From Odoribacteraceae bacterium (GTDB lineage: Bacteria; Bacteroidota; Bacteroidia; Bacteroidales; Marinifilaceae): a stretch of DNA of 33,818 nucleotides. The DNA lies in assembly GCA_031267995.1 (NCBI GenBank), contig JAIRXZ010000157.1:1-33818 (forward strand), written 5' to 3'. Below, in pieces: positions 16,653 through 26,000 of this stretch. Every line of letters begins with the position of its first letter. Within the stretch, counting starts at the first letter, position 1. The notes beneath the pieces are model-generated. The model did no database searches, had not been told where the DNA came from, and saw only the letters and a program-made list of their open reading frames with translations. The translations under genes and the position numbers were made by a program.

Positions 16653-16804
16653 CGGGATTTTTCCGGGTTTGCAACACGATAACCGGGGCGGGGCGAGGGA
16701 TGACGATGACGAGCGACGGGGGGATGGTTGTCGGTGCTTACGCGTCAATTGACGGCGGCGATAATGCCCCGGTTGTCGCCATTCGCCCTTTTTGTCGGAT
16801 TTAT

Positions 16805-17036
16805 CACGCGATTGTTTGGAGCAAATCATCGCGTGTTTGGAGTGAACAATCGATTGTTTGAACCGGATAATTGGTTATTTGAACCGCGCAATCGATTGTT
16901 TGAACCGAACAATTGGTTGGTGGAACCGTGCAATCGATTGTTTGAACTGAATAATTGATTGGTGGACTTGAACAATCGATTGTTTGAACTGAACACGCGA
17001 TTGTTTGGCCCAAACAATTGACGGTTTAGTCTGAAA
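16805..17036. repeat. AT-rich tandem array of eleven ~21-bp units with strict 42-bp super-period
   Basis: The identical 17-mer CAATCGATTGTTTGAAC occurs at 16847, 16889, 16931 and 16973, exactly 42 bp apart. It alternates with (C/T)AATTG(G/A)TT.. units at 16869, 16910 and 16953, and related units CACGCGATTGTTTGG flank it at 16805 and 16994. Two copies contain the perfect 14-bp palindrome AACAATCGATTGTT. Confidence 0.92.
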
Positions 17037-17040
17037 AATG

Positions 17041-17077
17041 TCAAATAAAAGCGCCGCGTCGGGAGGGACGCGGCGCC
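17041..17077 (-). terminator. Rho-independent terminator of the PUL-like operon
   Basis: A perfect 10-bp stem pairs GCGCCGCGTC (17051-17060) with GACGCGGCGC (17068-17077) around a 7-nt loop. On the minus strand it is followed by TTTTATTT, and it starts 17 nt after the stop codon at 17094-17096. Confidence 0.8.
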
Positions 17078-17093
17078 ATGTCGGGTTGTTGAA

Positions 17094-20000
17094 TCACTTC
17101 TCCTCCAGGAGGTAGTTGACGACGAAGGATATCTCGTTGGCCATCTCCAGCGGGTTGCCGTAGTAGCCGCTGGATGTCCAGCGGAGGTTCCCGTTGGCGT
17201 CGATAATCACCTTGTGGGGGATGCCGCGCATGCCGAAGGGGACGGCGTAACGGTTGTAGATGTCGCCGTGCTTGTTGGTGGCGGGGTCGACGTCGTCGAA
17301 GAGCAGCTCCATCCGGTAGCCCTTGGATGCCAGGAAGTCGGCGGCGAGTTTCTTGTAATCGGGCGCGTACTCCAGCGTGGAGATGAAGTAAAACTGCACG
17401 CGGGGGTTGTCGCGGAAGCGGTCGACGGCCACCTGCATGCCGGGAAGGGCGGCCTTGCAGGGGGCGCACCAGGTAGCCCAAAAGTCGAGGACGGTGACCT
17501 TTCCGGCGGCGCCCCCGATGTTGACGCGCTGCCCGGCGGCGTTGTCGAGGGCGAAGGGGTCGACGGGTTTCTTGACGAGGCTCGCCCTGAGACGCTCCTC
17601 GAAGTGCTCGACAAAGCCAGGGGCGCGGAGTTCGGCCACGCGGGCGTCAAAGTCGCCGCCGGGGTGACGGGCGAGGAAGTCGTCGCGCAGGGTCTCCATC
17701 ATGGCGGGGGTGGTGGCGTCCTCGCGGGTGCATGCCTCGATGAAGGGGATCTGCAGGTGGGCGAAGCCGGCGGCGGGGAGGACGCTGGCGTATAGGTCGT
17801 TGAAGACGGCTCCCTTGGCGTATCGCTCCTTGAGCGGTTCGAGGAGTTCGAGCGCCTCGGCGTGGCGACCGACGCGGTGGAGTATTTCGGCGCGGGTGAA
17901 GTTGGCGCCGGCGTCGTGACGGGTTGCCTCGCGCTGCCACTCGATGGGGGAGAGGACGGCGCCGCGGTGACGGAGACGCCAGGCGGTGTCGGTTGCCCGG
18001 CGCGTCATCTCGGCGTGGACGAGGGCGGAGAGTTCGTCTACCTCGGCGTGACTTTTCAGCTCGTGCTTGAGGGGGAGCTGGACGAGGCGGTAGTAGACCT
18101 CGGTGAGGAGCGAGGCGGGGAGGTACGGGAGCTGCGCGGTGAGGAGGGGGTGACGCTGCTCGCCGGCTTTGCCCGCGTCGTCGGCTTCGTTGGCTTCGGC
18201 GATGAAGAGGAAGAGGAGGATTTGGTTGGCGTAGTGGTCGTCCGCGTGGACGAAGGCGGCGGGTGGAAATTTGTCGATGAAGGCGCGGGCGGCGGCCGCT
18301 TTGCCGGCGGGGTCTCGCGTGGCGTTGAGGCGGAGGGCTTCTTTGGCGCGGGCAAAGTCGCCGACGGGGAAGCGGGCGAGGATGGTGTCCTCGATTTGGC
18401 GGGCGCGGGCGTCGTCATGGAGTATCGCGCGGCATGTTTCGGCGGCGCGAAGGAGGGATAGCTCGGCGGGGGAGGGGAGGGCGAGGATGTAGTCGATGTC
18501 CTGCAGGAAGAGGTCGGCGTGCTGCCCCGGTTGCATTTTTTCGACGAGTGCGGCGGCGAAGTAGGAGAGCGTTTCGCGGGAGGCGGGGAAGTGGCGAAAT
18601 TCGTTGGAGATCCACATTTGCATGACGTTGTCTTCGATGTATTCGCCGGGGGCGGAGTAGCCGGGGATGGCGTATCGCTCGAAGAGCTGGTGGCGAAGGA
18701 ATCCCCAGTGCACGTAGGCGCCGGGACGGGCAACGAGGGTGTCGCCGCGACGCTCGGAGACGTGGGAGGCGTAGTGTCCTTGGCGGGTGCCGGAGTCCCA
18801 GGTGTCGCCGTCGCCGTGGAACTTGCAGGCGAGGAGGACGCAGTCGCCGGGGAGGGTGTAGGTGGCTGTCCAGGCGCCGTTGGCAGGTGTCACGGGGAGG
18901 TCTTCGGCGCGCCATTTGTCGCCGTCGCAGAGGTAGATGACGGCGGTGATTTCGCTGCTGCCCGCGACCGCACCGGTCGGGGTGTAGGTGATGGCGATGG
19001 CCTCCCCGGCGACCGGTCGCGCGGGGAGGATGGTGAAGGGGGCAGCGGAGAGGCCGGTGCAGAGGAGGAGCAACGCGGCCGCGAGGGTTGTGGTTTGTTT
19101 CATGTCGGGCGGGTGTTCGAAGGCTTCGCGGTATTGAATCTTGACGGCGAGGTCGACGATTCGTCCGAAGTCGTCGAAACGGTTGAGGGGGGTCTTGCTG
19201 ACCAGCCTCCCGTCGACGGGGCTGAGGGCGAACTCGTAGAGATGTCCGCGGGTGCCGTCCCAGGTGGAGACGTAGAGGAGTCCGCCGTTCATGGCGGCGT
19301 AGTAGATGTAGCTGGGATCGGATGTGCCGCCCCCTCCCTGGGAATATATGCCGCCGTCGAAGCGGTATATTTTCATACCGGTGATTTGCTCGCCGGCGGG
19401 GAAGTCGTCGTTGATGCGGGTGGCGGTGACGGGGTAGGTGCGGGCGGCGGGGTCGGGATCGGATCCGCTGTAGTCGCAGGCGTAGATGTCGCGACCGGTG
19501 GCGTAGAGGAGGAAGTGCCCCTTGGTGCCGATGTCGAAGGCGACGGCGTTGGCGATGCCGGGGAGCGCGGACATGTCGTGCTTGCCGCGGGCGAGGGCGG
19601 TGGCACCGGTGATGGAGCTGGAACCTGCCTTGGGGAGGTCTATCTCGTAGAGCCAATAGTCGTTCGTCCCGCCGGAGAGGACGGCGAAGGCGTAGTAGGC
19701 GTTGCCGCGGTCGACGTAGAGGAGATCCTTGCCGATGTCATTCACGTCAAACAGTCCGGGCAGTTGCGTCGGTAGCGGTTCGAGTGAGGCGTTGGGGGCG
19801 GCGATGCTGGCGAGGTAGACGAAGCGTTGCCCCGTGGCGTCGTAGAACATGGGGTTGTAGGAGAGCGATCCGCTGGTGGTAGGCCTGAGGCAGAAGGGGG
19901 CGAGGTGCACGTCTGTCCCCAGGGTGGCGGAGACGGCGACGGGCGTGGGAATGGAGTGGTCGGTATAGTACTGCGCCCCGTAAGCGATGCGGCGAAGGAC

Positions 20001-20768
20001 GCCGTCGTTGATGAAGAAGACGGAGGTGACGCTGCTTCCGCCCTGCCCGTCGATGAACTCGAAGTGGAGACGCGGGGGCATGGGGGGAATGAGGAGGGAG
20101 TTGGCGTCGTGCTCGAGGAAGAAGGTGCGGCCGTAGAGACTTAGCAGCTCCTGGTCGGTGGAGACGTAGACGTGGTTGACAGCGCGGCCGTCGGTGGCCG
20201 AGTGGCGGATGGTGAGGGGGTTGCCCTGGAGCGGCCGGCCGTTGATGGTGCGGAAGACGTCGCGCATGCGGAAGTTCTCCTCCAGCTCGCGGACGGTGGA
20301 GGTGGTGGCGACGTAGTCGAAGTCGGCGACCCCCTCGTTGACGTGGAAGACGAGCATGCCGTGGCTGATCTTCGAGATGAGGGTGACGTCGAAGATCATG
20401 CTGGAGGTGATGTTTTGCCGCTTGTCGGTGACGTAGAGGGCGGCTTTGTAGGCGCCGGCGCTGTAGATCATGGTGAGATCGAGCTTCCTTTCCCGCGACA
20501 CGGGGTACCAGTCGGCGGCGACGTACGCGGAGGAGTAGAAGTACCATTCGTAGGAGAGATCCTCCTCCGGGATAGTCTCCCCGGAGAATTTGATGACGGG
20601 GTCGATGACGAGCTGCCCGGCGATTTCAGCGACGTAGGCGGAGGGGATGGTGGTGGTGTCGATGGTTATTTCGTTGATGGGGGCGTAGTCGTAATCTCCC
20701 TTGTCCTCGAAGCAGGAGGCGAGGAGCAGCGCGGCGGCCGCGACGATGGTGTATGTGATGTGTTTCAT
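17094..20768 (-). CDS. Single 1224-codon ORF joining a PKD-like family lipoprotein (aa 1 to ~555) to a signal-peptide-bearing TlpA-like thioredoxin protein (aa 556-1224)
   Basis: The N-terminal part starts MKHITYTIVAAAALLLASC FEDKGDYDYAPINEITID....SYEWYF, as in Bacteroidota PKD-like lipoproteins encoded after DUF4843. An internal ATG at 19103 begins MKQTTTLAAALLLLCTGLSA, a second signal peptide. The C-terminus has the thioredoxin fold with VLDFWATWCAPCK (CxxC codons 17457-17468). No stop codon separates the two parts. Confidence 0.8.
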   Translation of the reverse strand: MKHITYTIVAAAALLLASCFEDKGDYDYAPINEITIDTTTIPSAYVAEIAGQLVIDPVIKFSGETIPEEDLSYEWYFYSSAYVAADWYPVSRERKLDLTMIYSAGAYKAALYVTDKRQNITSSMIFDVTLISKISHGMLVFHVNEGVADFDYVATTSTVRELEENFRMRDVFRTINGRPLQGNPLTIRHSATDGRAVNHVYVSTDQELLSLYGRTFFLEHDANSLLIPPMPPRLHFEFIDGQGGSSVTSVFFINDGVLRRIAYGAQYYTDHSIPTPVAVSATLGTDVHLAPFCLRPTTSGSLSYNPMFYDATGQRFVYLASIAAPNASLEPLPTQLPGLFDVNDIGKDLLYVDRGNAYYAFAVLSGGTNDYWLYEIDLPKAGSSSITGATALARGKHDMSALPGIANAVAFDIGTKGHFLLYATGRDIYACDYSGSDPDPAARTYPVTATRINDDFPAGEQITGMKIYRFDGGIYSQGGGGTSDPSYIYYAAMNGGLLYVSTWDGTRGHLYEFALSPVDGRLVSKTPLNRFDDFGRIVDLAVKIQYREAFEHPPDMKQTTTLAAALLLLCTGLSAAPFTILPARPVAGEAIAITYTPTGAVAGSSEITAVIYLCDGDKWRAEDLPVTPANGAWTATYTLPGDCVLLACKFHGDGDTWDSGTRQGHYASHVSERRGDTLVARPGAYVHWGFLRHQLFERYAIPGYSAPGEYIEDNVMQMWISNEFRHFPASRETLSYFAAALVEKMQPGQHADLFLQDIDYILALPSPAELSLLRAAETCRAILHDDARARQIEDTILARFPVGDFARAKEALRLNATRDPAGKAAAARAFIDKFPPAAFVHADDHYANQILLFLFIAEANEADDAGKAGEQRHPLLTAQLPYLPASLLTEVYYRLVQLPLKHELKSHAEVDELSALVHAEMTRRATDTAWRLRHRGAVLSPIEWQREATRHDAGANFTRAEILHRVGRHAEALELLEPLKERYAKGAVFNDLYASVLPAAGFAHLQIPFIEACTREDATTPAMMETLRDDFLARHPGGDFDARVAELRAPGFVEHFEERLRASLVKKPVDPFALDNAAGQRVNIGGAAGKVTVLDFWATWCAPCKAALPGMQVAVDRFRDNPRVQFYFISTLEYAPDYKKLAADFLASKGYRMELLFDDVDPATNKHGDIYNRYAVPFGMRGIPHKVIIDANGNLRWTSSGYYGNPLEMANEISFVVNYLLEEK

Positions 20769-20774
20769 GCGTGT

Positions 20775-21539
20775 TTAGATTTGGAATTTGATCTCTATTT
20801 TCTGCTCCGCGTTATCGTCCACCCAGATGGGGGGATTGGTCTTGCGGTACTCGGCGTAGGCGTTGATGAGCGTGTAGTTGAATCCCTGCATCTGGGGCGG
20901 GGTGTAGTAGCCCTCCCTGGGCGGTTCGTTGCCCCTGATCATGGGGAAGTCGGTGATGCCGAGCGTTTCGATGATAAACTTGTACTTGTTGTCGCAGTAG
21001 GCGCCGAGGTACTGGTCGACGAACACCGTCCACGATTCGGGCTTCATGAAGAAGTCCCCCAGGTAAAGGGTGAAGAAGGCGCCCTCTTGCAGGCCGATGC
21101 CGAGGTCGTCGGTGGGAAGCATCTCGAAGAAGATTTTGACAGATTCATTCTTCAGGTCGGGGGCGCGGAAGAGGGTGACGGGGAGGTAGGAATCGAGCGC
21201 CCCGGCCGGCAACACGCCGTCGTGGAGGCGGTAGTGGGTGCCCTCGATGGCGGTGGTGCTGTCGGGCACTACGCGGGCGCGGAAGACGCGATCCCTGTCG
21301 ATGATGCTGCCGAGGAGACGGACGTTGATTCTCCCCTCCGTCTCCGTGACGGCGTCGTCGAGGACGGCGAAGGAGAGGTTTTTCTCGGAGGCGTTGAGCA
21401 TCGTGCCAAATCCGCTGGGAACCTGCTCGAAGAAGTAGATGCTGCCGTTGCCGGCGAACTCCATGGCCTCGTTTTGTTGGCAGGAGGTTAGGAACAACAG
21501 GGCGGGGATAATCGCCGCCAGGTGTATCATGTGTTTCAT
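20775..21539 (-). CDS. DUF4843-like lipoprotein
   Basis: A 254-aa protein with lipobox LFLTSC. Its position immediately after SusD and before a PKD-like lipoprotein matches the recurrent Bacteroidota arrangement. Confidence 0.7.
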   Translation of the reverse strand: MKHMIHLAAIIPALLFLTSCQQNEAMEFAGNGSIYFFEQVPSGFGTMLNASEKNLSFAVLDDAVTETEGRINVRLLGSIIDRDRVFRARVVPDSTTAIEGTHYRLHDGVLPAGALDSYLPVTLFRAPDLKNESVKIFFEMLPTDDLGIGLQEGAFFTLYLGDFFMKPESWTVFVDQYLGAYCDNKYKFIIETLGITDFPMIRGNEPPREGYYTPPQMQGFNYTLINAYAEYRKTNPPIWVDDNAEQKIEIKFQI

Positions 21540-21559
21540 GGTATTGTCGTGTTTGTTGG

Positions 21560-23032
21560 TTATTCTAATTCGATGTAACGCTGGCCGTATTCGAGTTCAT
21601 CGTCGGGGAGCGGGAGGACGTAGACGCTGCGCGCGAGGGGATTCGCACCCCAGGGGGAGTAGAACTGTATGGTTTCGCTGTTGAGGCGTTTGTAGTAGAA
21701 GAACAGTTGTCCCTCGCAGATCAGATCCTTGACGTACTCCTTGCGGATCTCCTCCTGCACCTCGCTGTCGGTGAGATTGCCGGGGAAGGGGTCGAAGATG
21801 TTGCGGTGCTCCCTGACGGTGTTCATGTAATCGAGGGCGGCGGTCTTGTCGCCGAGGTTGAGGGATGCCTCGGCAGCGATAAAGTAGGCCTCGCTCAGGC
21901 GCATGAGCGGCATCCTGTTGATGAACGATCCGTAGGTGGTGGTGGCCTGGTAGAGCTTGTTGCTGGTGACGACGGAGGCACTGAGATCCCGCCGGAGGTA
22001 GGCGTAACGGTAGTCGGACGACCCGTACTTGGTATTTTCGTAGACCGTGTTCCAGTTGGTGATACTCCTGTTGAAGCCACCGGTGCCGGTCATGGTGAAC
22101 CAGGAGGTGAAGCCGGTGGAGCCAAAGGCAACCTCGGTGATGTTGTTCATGTTCAGGGAAAATATCAGCTCCTGCGAGAGGACGTAGTTGCGCGCCTCCA
22201 CGTTGGCGTCGATGATTTGCGCTTCGGGCGTCCACGTGAAGAGCGACTGCGCGATGACCTCCCCGGCGGCGGCGAGCGCGGGGCGATGCTCTCCCTTGTA
22301 GAGGTAGATTCTCGCCTGGAGCAACTTCACGGCGTAGTAATTAAAGTGGTAGTGCCGGTTGCGGAGGTAGTCGGAGTAATCGCTGCTGGAGATTCCCCGC
22401 GTCACGGGATCGTGCTTCAGCTCCCGCTCGGCCACGGAGAGGTCGGCCAGGGCGTTGTCGATCACCTGCCGGATGCTGACCAGGGGCGTGGTTTGGTTGC
22501 TAAAGCTGGTGATGTAAGGGATGGCCTTCGCGTCCGGGCTGACGATGAAGGCGGGGGCAAAGAGACGCGCCAGGTCGAAGTGCAGGAACGCGCGGAGGCC
22601 GTACGCCTCGCCGCGGATGACGTGGTACTCGTCGGGGGCGAAGAGCATGGTGTCGGCCTGGTCGACGTAAGCAATCAGGTTGTTCACGTTGGCGATGGCG
22701 GTGTACATGCCGCGCCAAATGGTGGCGAACTTGGTCTTGCTGGCCGTGGCGGTGTAGTCGTAGATGGAGGGGTAGTAGTACTCGCTCGCGGTGCCGAAGG
22801 AGGTGGTGTACTGTTTTCCCAGCACGTCCGTCAGGCCGAAGCTCAGCTCTCGCCCGTAACAACTCTCCTCGGTCATAAGCATGTACACGCCGGTGAGGGC
22901 ATCCTTGAAACCCTGGGCGGTGGTGAAATTTTCGGTCTCCTTGACCTGCACGCGGGGCGTGACGTCGAGCCAATCGCTGCAAGCGGCGCAAAGCAGGAGA
23001 ACGGGAATGGCGAATGTGTAAAAATATTTCAT
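21560..23032 (-). CDS. RagB/SusD family nutrient-uptake outer membrane lipoprotein
   Basis: The lipoprotein N-terminus reads LLLCAACSDWLDVTP. The protein is 490 aa and TPR-like helical, with a C-terminal PLP..E...NP-type motif (VLPLPDDELEYGQ). It lies 18 nt downstream of SusC. Confidence 0.9.
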   Translation of the reverse strand: MKYFYTFAIPVLLLCAACSDWLDVTPRVQVKETENFTTAQGFKDALTGVYMLMTEESCYGRELSFGLTDVLGKQYTTSFGTASEYYYPSIYDYTATASKTKFATIWRGMYTAIANVNNLIAYVDQADTMLFAPDEYHVIRGEAYGLRAFLHFDLARLFAPAFIVSPDAKAIPYITSFSNQTTPLVSIRQVIDNALADLSVAERELKHDPVTRGISSSDYSDYLRNRHYHFNYYAVKLLQARIYLYKGEHRPALAAAGEVIAQSLFTWTPEAQIIDANVEARNYVLSQELIFSLNMNNITEVAFGSTGFTSWFTMTGTGGFNRSITNWNTVYENTKYGSSDYRYAYLRRDLSASVVTSNKLYQATTTYGSFINRMPLMRLSEAYFIAAEASLNLGDKTAALDYMNTVREHRNIFDPFPGNLTDSEVQEEIRKEYVKDLICEGQLFFYYKRLNSETIQFYSPWGANPLARSVYVLPLPDDELEYGQRYIELE

Positions 23033-23050
23033 ATCTGGTGTGTTAGCGGG

Positions 23051-26000
23051 TTAAAACGTGGCCGAGACGGCGAAAGAGAAGGTGCGCGCGAAGGGATAAG
23101 CGGTGCCCCGTTCCTGTTTCACGGTGCTCAACCTGCCGATGTCGTTCATGTTAAAGGAGAGTCGCATGCGGTCGATGTCGAGGCGCTTGAAAGCCTCCAG
23201 CTCACCCAGCTCGTAGGAGAGGTTGCAGGACGAGAAGACAAACTCGTCCAGATCCTCCACGAAACGGGAGGTAGGCTGCGTGGTGGTATGGTCGGTGATG
23301 CTCTTGAACTTGGCGGCAACGCCGGGGGTGTTCCAGCGATCGTAGAGCACGCGCTTGTCGACGTTATTGTTCGACACGTCGACGTTCTCCACCTTCTCGA
23401 CGAGGGTGCTGTTGTAGGTCTGTCCCCCCGCCCGGAAGTTGAACGACAGATTCAGGGACAACCCCTTGTAACCAACGTAGGCGCCGACGTTCCCCGTGAC
23501 GGTGGCCTGCGAGTTGCCCACTACCTGCTGGTCGGCCGCCGACCAAACGGTGGTGAGGCTGCCATCCTGCCTGACAAACACCTCCCGGCCAATGACGGGG
23601 TCAATGCCGATGGAGGGCACTGCCCAAATGCCGGTGGTGCTCTTTCCCTCCTCGAACCGCACGAGCGGCTTGAGGGCTACCCTGGCATCCTGCGTTTGGT
23701 TGATCGTCTTCAGGGCGTCGGAGATTTTCACCAGCTTATCGCTGTTGTGTGCGATGCTGCCGAAGACATTCGCGAAGAGGCGCTTGCCGGGATCGGAAAG
23801 AACCTTCACCTGGAGACTCAGCTCGTAGCCGGTATTCTCCTTTTCGCCGAGGTTCTCCTTGTAAGTGGGGAAACCGATGGAGGGGGTCAGCGTGACATCC
23901 GTGAGCAAATCCCTGGTAATGTTGGAATAAAAGTCGCCCCGCGCGGAGACGCGGTCAAAAAGTGAGATATCAAACCCCACGTTCCTGTCCAGCTGCTGTT
24001 GCCACTTGAGTTTGTTGTTGGCCAGGCTGAGGATGTGGCTGCCGAGGGCAGCGTCGTAGGACTTGCCGGCGTAGTATTGATAAGAGGCAATCGCCTGGTA
24101 CGGGTCAAATTCCTGCGATCCGGTGTAACCGATGGAGCCGCGCAAGCGGAGGTTGTTTACCACGCCAAGTTGCTTGATAAAGGCTTCGTTGTGGAGGTTC
24201 CACCCCGCGCCCACCGACCAAAAGTGCCCCCAACGGCTGTCCGCCCCGAAGCGAGAGGAGGCCGTGCCCGTGTAGGAAAAGTCCGTGAAATAGCGGTTGT
24301 CAAACGCGTAGTTCGCCGCCACCACGAAGTCCACGGAACGCGAGAGGCTCTCCGTGCCGGAGGGTTTCTCCCCGTTGTAGCGGTTGCCGAGGGAGATGTA
24401 ACTCATCTTGTCCGAGGGAAAACCGACGGCGGAGGTGCCCACGGATTGGGAGGAGTTGGTGTTGATCTTCCAGATGGCGTTGCTGTACAGCGTGTGCTTG
24501 TTCACGCGGATGGAATAGGCGAGTCCCAACTCGGTGTTCAGGCTCGTGGATTTGCTGTTGCTCACGTCGTTTCGACCGCGGTCGGCGTAAACCTCCGAGT
24601 TGGGATGGACGTTTGCGAACTCCGTGTGATCCGACGGGATAAAGCGATTCATGTCGTCGAACGACTTGCCGACGCCCAGCTTCCCCGTCAGGCGCAGGCT
24701 CTTGAGCAGCGTCCATTCGACGTAGATATTCTCCGTGATCGAGGTATAGCTGCTTTCGTCCACCACGTTCAGGCTGGCGTTGTGCAGCGGGTTGAAGACA
24801 TTGGTAGCGTACTGTTTGATCAGCACCCCGTTTTCGTCGCGGATGCGCCAGTAGGGATTCATGTTCGCGTAAGTGGCAAAGGAGCCGTAGGGAGAATTTT
24901 TCCCCTTGTTGACACTAATGGTCAGGTTATTCCTGATGCTCAATGATTCGTACAGGTACGAGAGCATCATGTTCCCCGCGAGAGTTTGCCTGTCCGAGCC
25001 GATCATCGTCCCCTTCGTGTCGCCGAAGCTGACGTTGACGGAGTAGCGCATATCGCTATTTCCCCCCGTGAACCCCAGCGCGTGCTTCTGCCCGACCCCC
25101 ACGCGGAGCGGCTGCGAGAGCCAGTAAGTATTCACGCCGCGGGCAACCTCCTTTTGCAAGGCGTGATACTCCCCCAGCGCGGCGGCCTGGGCGCCACCGT
25201 CCGACTTCGCATACTTCCCGGCCATCCATTCTGCCTGGAGTTTCTCCGCCGCGTTGGTCAGGTTATAGCTTGTCAAATCCGGCGCTTCGATATCCGCGCT
25301 GCCGTTGTAAGAAATTTGCAAATTCCCGGCCTTCGGCAGGATCGTCTCGATCACCACCACGCCGTTGCCCGCCTTGGAGCCATAGATGGCCTTTGCCGAG
25401 GCATCCTTCAGCAGGGTAACGCTGGCCACCTTGTTCATATCCAGGTCAAAAACAGCCGTCAGCGTGGTCTCGAAACCATCGAGGATAAAAAGCGGCTGGT
25501 TGATATTGCCGCGATACTCCCCCTCGATGTCGACGGGGATGCTCGTCTGTCCCCGCATCGTGATTTCGGGCATGTGATTCGGGTCGCTGCCGAACTCCAG
25601 GTTCTCCTGGATGATAAACGACGGATCCAAATTCTTCAAACTGCTCAGTAAATTCTGGTTGCCGACGCGTTTCAGATCCTCCTGTTTAAAAGTGACGGCA
25701 GCCCCGGTGAAGCTCTCTGCCCGGCGGTTAAACATCCCCATCACCACCACCTCCTCCACCTCGGCGACGTCATCCTCCAGGCTCACCACCAGCGAAGTAC
25801 TGCCGGTGACAGGAACCTCCTTCGTCACCATGCCGATAAACGAAAAAACCAGCACCTGCCTCCCCGCGCGAGGAATAAAAAGTCGGAAACGACCCGCCCC
25901 GTCCGTCGCCACCCCCACGGAAGCGGCACCCTTCAGGCGGACATTAGCGCCCGCCAGCGGGTCGCCCCCTCGCTTCACCACGCCGGTAATCGTGTCCACG

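Noticed and set aside
16805-17036. Plasmid-type iteron origin of replication.
   Set aside because: The spacing and copy number resemble iterons. However, there is no Rep initiator, no DnaA boxes that I can recognise, no partition genes and no mobile-element context. I kept it as a finding about a phased binding-site array only.
16728-17044. Heptad-repeat small ORFs across the 21-bp array: 16728..16958 (+) and 16826..17044 (-, NNRLF-type 7-aa repeats).
   Set aside because: Both begin with TTG and both strands are open. The minus-strand ORF would start inside the U-tract of the upstream terminator. The periodicity is a by-product of the 21-bp DNA unit.
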